30,349 nt of DNA, taken from an uncultured Bacilli bacterium. Its GTDB lineage: Bacteria; Bacillota_I; Bacilli_A; RF39; UBA660. The stretch covers positions 1 through 30,349 of the forward strand of contig CANQOE010000001.1 in assembly GCA_947625315.1 (NCBI GenBank), read 5' to 3'. A program made the translations under genes and the position numbers. Numbering within the stretch: the first letter of the stretch is position 1; each line of letters starts with the position of its first letter. This document shows, in pieces, positions 25,142 to 30,349 of the stretch. A model generated the notes under the pieces. The model made no database searches and was not told where the DNA came from. It was given only the letters and a program-made list of their open reading frames with translations.

Positions 25142-25768
25142 TTGAAAATAGCAGTTTCGTTTTTAACTTCTTATTATAGTAAAGAAAAGACTATTGAATT
25201 AATTACTAAAACTAATGCGGATTTTATCCATGTCGATATTATGGATGGAGGATTTGTCAATCATAAAAATACGGAATTAAATTTTGAAGGGCTTTTAGAA
25301 AATGTTTCTAAACCATTAGATATTCATTTAATGTGTTTTGATCCTATTATTTATATAAAGAAATTAAGTATTTTAAACCCCCAATATATAACATTTCATT
25401 TAGAAGCTACGAAAGATATTGTTAAAACAATTGAAGAGATAAAAATGTTAGGTATTAAAGTAGGAATGGCTTTAAAACCTAATACAGAAGTAAATGAAAT
25501 TAAACCATATTTAGCATTAGTTGATTTAGTATTAGTTATGAGTGTGGAACCAGGAGCTGGAGGGCAAGAGTTTCAAGAAATGAGTATTAAAAAAATTAAA
25601 GAATTAAAAAATATAAGAGAAGAAAACAATCTTAAATACGCTATTGAAGTTGATGGGGGAATAAATGCTACATCGATAAATATGGTTAAAGATGTTGATA
25701 TAGCAGTTGTTGGTTCTTATGTTTGTAAGTCAAATAATTATCAACAACAAATTGACAATTTAAAGTAA
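25142..25768 (+). CDS. rpe: Ribulose-phosphate 3-epimerase
   Basis: HVDIMDG, DIHLM, TFHLE, MSVEPGAGGQ, EVDGGIN. Confidence 0.95.
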   Translation: MKIAVSFLTSYYSKEKTIELITKTNADFIHVDIMDGGFVNHKNTELNFEGLLENVSKPLDIHLMCFDPIIYIKKLSILNPQYITFHLEATKDIVKTIEEIKMLGIKVGMALKPNTEVNEIKPYLALVDLVLVMSVEPGAGGQEFQEMSIKKIKELKNIREENNLKYAIEVDGGINATSINMVKDVDIAVVGSYVCKSNNYQQQIDNLK

Positions 25769-25778
25769 AAAATTACTA

Positions 25779-25856
25779 ATTTTGCACAGTGAGTGGGCAA
25801 AATAGGGTATGAAAAAGGTAAAAATGCACAGTTTTTTCAAAATATTGTGCATTTTT
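25779..25856. repeat. Two related inverted repeats upstream of the fic promoter
   Basis: TTTTGCACA-GTGAG-TGGGCAAAA (25780-25802) and AAAAATGCACA...TGTGCATTTTT (25820-25856); TGCACAGT occurs twice. Confidence 0.6.
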
Positions 25857-25857
25857 C

Positions 25858-25886
25858 TTGTTTTTTGCTTAAAATAATGCTAAAAT
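25858..25886 (+). promoter_or_regulatory. sigma-A promoter of the fic gene
   Basis: TTGTTT-17 nt-TAAAAT with TG extension. Confidence 0.55.
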
Positions 25887-25904
25887 TAATTTGGTGAAGA
25901 AAAT

Positions 25905-26981
25905 ATGAAACCTTTTAAAGCTAATAATTTACCAATAAAATATAATATTGATAAAGAACTACTTTCTTTAATTGGAGAAGCTAATGAAAAATACGGAGAA
26001 TATAAATCTAATTTAAAAAATTGTAAATTTGATTCAAGATTTTTTCTAGATTCAATAATTTTAAGTGAAAGTTTAAAATCAACGCAAATTGAAGGAACAC
26101 AAATATCTCAAGATGATATGTATTATTTAAAATATATGCCTAATACGGATGATACAAAAGAAATCCAAAATTTAAAAAAAGTAATTGAATATGCTAAGGA
26201 TAATTTGAAAGATACCAAAAAAATAGATATAAAATTTTTAAATAATATTCATAAAATATTACTTGATAGTGTAAGAGGAAGCAATAAAGAACCAGGACAA
26301 ATTCGAACTATTCAAAATTGGATTGGTCCTAAAGGGTGTACAATAGATGAAGCAATATTTGTTCCACCTATTCCTGAAGAAGTTCCTATACTTTTAAATA
26401 ATTTATTTGATTATATGAATGATTCATATATAGACCCAATATTTATAAATATGGCAATTTCGCATTCCCAATTTGAAACAATCCATGCTTATAGAGATGG
26501 AAATGGCCGATTAGGTAGAGCTCTTATACCTATACAGTTAGCTTTACTTACAGATGAAGAACCTATTTTATTTTTATCGGAAGTAATAGAATTATATAAA
26601 CCAAGTTATCATAAATTTTTAAATGAAAGTCGCAATGGCAATATTTTAGGATTTATTAAATTCTTTTTACAATGTATTATAGAACAATGTAATAATAATA
26701 TGGCTAAAATAAGTAGAATTCAAAACATTTATGAAAAAGATATGCGTTTAATAGAAACAATAAATAGTAATGCTGTTTATAGAATTATGCCCGCGATAAT
26801 GCACCAAATAGTTTTCACAAAAAAAGAAATTGCTGAAGAATCTGGAGTTTCTCGAAATACAGTATCTATATTGATTGATAAATTAGAAGAATTGGGAATT
26901 TTAGTTAAAGGCTCTATTTATGCTAAATTAAGTTATAAATATAAAGAAATGTATAATGTGTTTGTAGGAAGAGATAGTTAA
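25905..26981 (+). CDS. Fic family protein (N-terminal inhibitory motif, Fic core, C-terminal wHTH)
   Basis: STQIEG inhibitory motif; HAYRDGNGRLGR catalytic loop; TKKEIAEESGVSRNTVS...LEELGIL HTH. Confidence 0.9.
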   Translation: MKPFKANNLPIKYNIDKELLSLIGEANEKYGEYKSNLKNCKFDSRFFLDSIILSESLKSTQIEGTQISQDDMYYLKYMPNTDDTKEIQNLKKVIEYAKDNLKDTKKIDIKFLNNIHKILLDSVRGSNKEPGQIRTIQNWIGPKGCTIDEAIFVPPIPEEVPILLNNLFDYMNDSYIDPIFINMAISHSQFETIHAYRDGNGRLGRALIPIQLALLTDEEPILFLSEVIELYKPSYHKFLNESRNGNILGFIKFFLQCIIEQCNNNMAKISRIQNIYEKDMRLIETINSNAVYRIMPAIMHQIVFTKKEIAEESGVSRNTVSILIDKLEELGILVKGSIYAKLSYKYKEMYNVFVGRDS

Positions 26982-26992
26982 TTTAAACTTTT

Positions 26993-27024
26993 AAAGCAGT
27001 AAAAATAAATTTAACTGCTTTTTT
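26993..27024 (+). terminator. Terminator after fic
   Basis: AAAGCAGT...ACTGCTTT followed by a T-run. Confidence 0.7.
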
Positions 27025-27044
27025 ATATTCTTGAAAAATTTTTC

Positions 27045-27073
27045 TTGCAATAATTTATATTATTTGATATACT
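27045..27073 (+). promoter_or_regulatory. sigma-A promoter of the methyltransferase gene
   Basis: TTGCAA-17 nt-TATACT with TG extension. Confidence 0.65.
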
Positions 27074-27098
27074 TAAAATATAAAAAAAGGGTGATATT

Positions 27099-27689
27099 TT
27101 GAATCAATATTTTACAAATAATCCTAACTTAAAAAGTCAAGAGATAACAATTAAATATACTTATAATAATCATGACTATATATTTTTAAGTGATAATGGG
27201 GTATTTTCTAAAAATAAAATTGATTATGGTAGTAGAGTATTAGTAGAAACTTATTTAAAGAATAAAAAAGATATTAAAAACTTTTTAGATGTTGGATGTG
27301 GTTATGGTTTTATAAGTATTGTATTAGCTAATGAATTAAAAATAAATGCTATGGGGGTTGATGTTAACGAGCGAGCCATAAAGTTAGCACAGATAAATAG
27401 TTTAAAAAATAAAGTTAAGGGAGATTATTTAGTTAGTGATGTGTATAGTAATGTCAAGCAAACTTTTGATTTAATAATTACTAATCCTCCGATTAGAGCA
27501 GGTAAACAAGTTGTTTTAAAAATATTAGAAGAAGCCCATAATTATTTGAATAAAGATGGAGAATTATGGTTTGCAATACGTAAAGATCAGGGAGCTAATA
27601 GCATAAAAAAAGCTTTAGAAAATTTATATAAAATTACGTTAGTAGAAAAAAATAAAGGTTTTTATATTTTTCTTGCAAAAAATAATTGA
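27099..27689 (+). CDS. Class I SAM methyltransferase (RsmC/YbxB-like)
   Basis: GVFSKNKIDYGS, LDVGCGYG, TNPPIRAGK; immediately upstream of rpoB, as for B. subtilis ybxB. Confidence 0.88.
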   Translation: MNQYFTNNPNLKSQEITIKYTYNNHDYIFLSDNGVFSKNKIDYGSRVLVETYLKNKKDIKNFLDVGCGYGFISIVLANELKINAMGVDVNERAIKLAQINSLKNKVKGDYLVSDVYSNVKQTFDLIITNPPIRAGKQVVLKILEEAHNYLNKDGELWFAIRKDQGANSIKKALENLYKITLVEKNKGFYIFLAKNN

Positions 27690-27714
27690 CAAGGGTTTAT
27701 TTTCTTGATAAAAT
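27686..27714 (+). promoter_or_regulatory. sigma-A promoter of rpoB
   Basis: TTGACA-17 nt-TAAAAT with TG extension. Confidence 0.75.
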
Positions 27715-27781
27715 TTTAAATTGGTGATATATTTGTTTTTTCTTTAAAAAGCACTAAAAATTAGATATTGGGGTGAAACAC

Positions 27782-30349
27782 GTGGCTTATAAGATTGAAA
27801 AATTTGGAGATCACAGAGAAAGAAGATCTTTTGCAACTTCCAAAAATACTATGGAGTTACAAGATTTATTAGAGATTCAAAAGAAAAGTTACCAAGAGTT
27901 TTTAGAAGTAGGAATTAAAGAGGTATTTGAAGATTTATTTCCCGTCGAATCTTTTACCGGCAATATTTCTTTAGAGTTTGGTGATTATTCCTTTGAAGAA
28001 CCTAGGTATTCCATAAAAGAGGCCAAAGAAAGAATGGTCAATTATGCAGCACCTTTAAAGGTTCAAGCTCGAGTATATATCCATGAAACTGGAGAAGTAA
28101 AAGAACAAGAAATATTTTTAGGGGATATGCCTTTAATGACGGAGGCTGGTACCTTTATTATCAATGGTGCCGAAAGAGTTATTGTTTCCCAATTAGTTAG
28201 AAGTCCATCTATTTATTTTAAAAGAGAGATTGATAAAAATGGGCGGAGAATTATAAGTGGGGAAGTTATACCTAATAAAGGTACTTGGTTAGAATATGAA
28301 CTTGATGCTCGTAATATTATGTATGTAAGAATTGATAGAACAAGAAAAGTTCCTGTTACAACATTTTTAAGAGCTTTAGGTTTATCTAATGATGAAGATA
28401 TTTATCAAGTATTTGGGGAAAATGATTATTTAGTTAATACTATTGAAAAAGATAATACCAAAAATACAGATGAAGCTTTAATTGAAATATATGAAAAATT
28501 AAGACCAGGAGAACCAGCAACACTAGATAGTAGTAAAAACCAATTAGTTACAAGATTTTTTGATAGATTTAGATATGATTTAGCTAAAGTAGGTCGTTAT
28601 AAATTTAATAAAAAATTAAATGTAGTAGATAGATTACTAGGTTGTACTTTAGCCGAAGATATTAAAGATGGTAAGAAGGTTGTGGTAGCTAAAGGGACTT
28701 TAGTTACAAAAGATGTTTTAAATACTTTAAAACCAATATTTGCTAATGGTTATAATGTTAAAGAAACAATTATTAATGAAGAACTTGACCAATATAATAA
28801 AATTCAAGAAGTTTTAGTATACAATAAAGAAAACCCTGATAAAGTAATTAAATTAATTGGTAATGATCAAAGTGTTGATGTTAAGAGATTAACAATACCG
28901 GATGTATATGCTTCTGTATCTTATTACTTAAATTTACAAGATAATATTGGTAGTACTGATGAAATAGATAATTTAGGAAATCGAAGAGTTAGACAAGTTG
29001 GTGAATTAATTCAAAATGTTTTTAAAACTGGTATGGCTAGAATGGAAAGAGTAGTAAGAGAGCGAATGACTACCCAAGAACTTGATAGTTTAACACCTAA
29101 AACTTTAATTAATATAAGACCAGTAACGGCGGCTTTAAAAGAATTCTTTGGTTCATCTCAATTATCTAAGTTTATGGATCAAATTAATCCAATCGCGGAA
29201 TTAACCGATAAAAGACGTCTATCTAGTTTAGGTCCTGGAGGTCTTTCAAGAGATAGAGCCGGAATGGATGTAAGAGATGTCAACGCATCCCATTATGGTA
29301 GAATATGTCCAATTGAATCACCTGAAGGTCAAAATATCGGCTTAATTACTTCTTTAGCTGGTTATGCCAAAATAAATGAATATGGCTTTATTATGACTCC
29401 TTATCGCAAAGTTAAAGATGGAGTTGTTACAGATGAAGTTGTCTATATGACGGCTGATGAAGAAAACGATTATTATATTTCCCAAGCAACTGTCGAACTT
29501 GATGACAATAATCGCATTAAAAATGAGGAAATTTTATGTCGTTTAAATGGCGATAACGTAATGGTTAAAAGAGAAAATGTTAATTATGTCGATGTAGCAC
29601 CAAGTCAAATTGTAGCTATTACAACTTCTTGTATTCCATTCTTGGAATATGATGATGCTAATAGAACACTGATGGGTGCCAACATGCAAAGACAAGCAGT
29701 TCCCCTTCTTACTAGTGAAGCACCAATTGTTGGTACAGGTGTAGAATATATCGCGGCGAGAGATTCTGGTTCAACAATTGTTTGTAAGGCTGATGGAGTT
29801 GTAGAATATGCTGATTCTCGTAAAATTGTTGTTAAAAATGCGAAGGGTAAAGATACTTATTATCTAGCGGATTTTGAAAGAACTAATGCTTCAACTGCTT
29901 TAAATCATCATCCTTTAGTTAAAAAAGGTGATAAAGTTCATCGGGGAATGGTTATCGCAGATGGACCATCTACCGAAAAAGGTGAACTAGCTTTAGGTAA
30001 AAATATGACTGTTGCTTTCATGACCTTTAATGGCTATAATTATGAAGATGCTGTTATCTTAAATGAAAGATTAGTTAAAGATGATGTTTATACATCATTA
30101 CATATAGATCACTATGATATCGATTGTCGCGATACTAAACTAGGGCCAGAAGAAATTACCAGAGATATTCCAAATGTGGGTGAAGAAGCTCGGAAAAACT
30201 TAGATTCTTCAGGTATTGTTCGAATTGGTACCGAAGTTAAAGAAGGAGATATCTTAGTTGGTAAAGTTACTCCTAAGGGTGTTCAAGAATTAACTAGTGA
30301 AGAAAAATTATTACATGCGATATTTGGTGAAAAAACAAGAGAAGTAAGA
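27782..30349 (+). CDS. rpoB: RNA polymerase beta subunit (3'-partial, runs off the window; absent from the ORF track)
   Basis: GTG start after GGGGTGA SD; GTFIINGAERVIVSQL, EFFGSSQLS, HYGRICPIE, MGANMQRQAVP, GYNYEDA, LVGKVTPKG. Confidence 0.98.
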   Translation, partial: MAYKIEKFGDHRERRSFATSKNTMELQDLLEIQKKSYQEFLEVGIKEVFEDLFPVESFTGNISLEFGDYSFEEPRYSIKEAKERMVNYAAPLKVQARVYIHETGEVKEQEIFLGDMPLMTEAGTFIINGAERVIVSQLVRSPSIYFKREIDKNGRRIISGEVIPNKGTWLEYELDARNIMYVRIDRTRKVPVTTFLRALGLSNDEDIYQVFGENDYLVNTIEKDNTKNTDEALIEIYEKLRPGEPATLDSSKNQLVTRFFDRFRYDLAKVGRYKFNKKLNVVDRLLGCTLAEDIKDGKKVVVAKGTLVTKDVLNTLKPIFANGYNVKETIINEELDQYNKIQEVLVYNKENPDKVIKLIGNDQSVDVKRLTIPDVYASVSYYLNLQDNIGSTDEIDNLGNRRVRQVGELIQNVFKTGMARMERVVRERMTTQELDSLTPKTLINIRPVTAALKEFFGSSQLSKFMDQINPIAELTDKRRLSSLGPGGLSRDRAGMDVRDVNASHYGRICPIESPEGQNIGLITSLAGYAKINEYGFIMTPYRKVKDGVVTDEVVYMTADEENDYYISQATVELDDNNRIKNEEILCRLNGDNVMVKRENVNYVDVAPSQIVAITTSCIPFLEYDDANRTLMGANMQRQAVPLLTSEAPIVGTGVEYIAARDSGSTIVCKADGVVEYADSRKIVVKNAKGKDTYYLADFERTNASTALNHHPLVKKGDKVHRGMVIADGPSTEKGELALGKNMTVAFMTFNGYNYEDAVILNERLVKDDVYTSLHIDHYDIDCRDTKLGPEEITRDIPNVGEEARKNLDSSGIVRIGTEVKEGDILVGKVTPKGVQELTSEEKLLHAIFGEKTREVR

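Overview
Very AT-rich core-chromosome segment of a Bacillota (Bacilli-like) bacterium using genetic code 11. An RF39/UBA660-like reduced gut lineage is inferred from gene content and style, not proven. Recognisable genes: tRNA-Gly(GCC), an LtaS-family enzyme, spore-coat genes (a CotJA-CotJB fusion, cotJC, spoVID-like, ysxE-like), thiI, a short UvrD-family helicase, engB, a DEDDh exonuclease, DUF1287, DUF177-rpmF, secE-nusG, rpmB (missed by the ORF track), fmt-rlmN-prpC-prkC-rsgA-rpe, a Fic protein, a ybxB-like methyltransferase and a partial rpoB. Several orphan ORFs are interspersed. Main discovery: the apparently empty ~1 kb after rpmF (11338-12278) is a tandem array of three related minus-strand microprotein genes. 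Two of them are paired with convergent ~110-nt sRNAs and show 5'-3' long-range mRNA pairing supported by a compensatory indel, which fits a type I toxin-antitoxin array of a peptide family I cannot assign. Also notable: RpoB carries Q513K and H526D (E. coli numbering), both known rifampicin-resistance substitutions, and three orphan proteins share a C-terminal [SG]-L-x-L-(T)-[RK]-K motif. All alignments, folds and promoter calls were made by eye; no searches were run.
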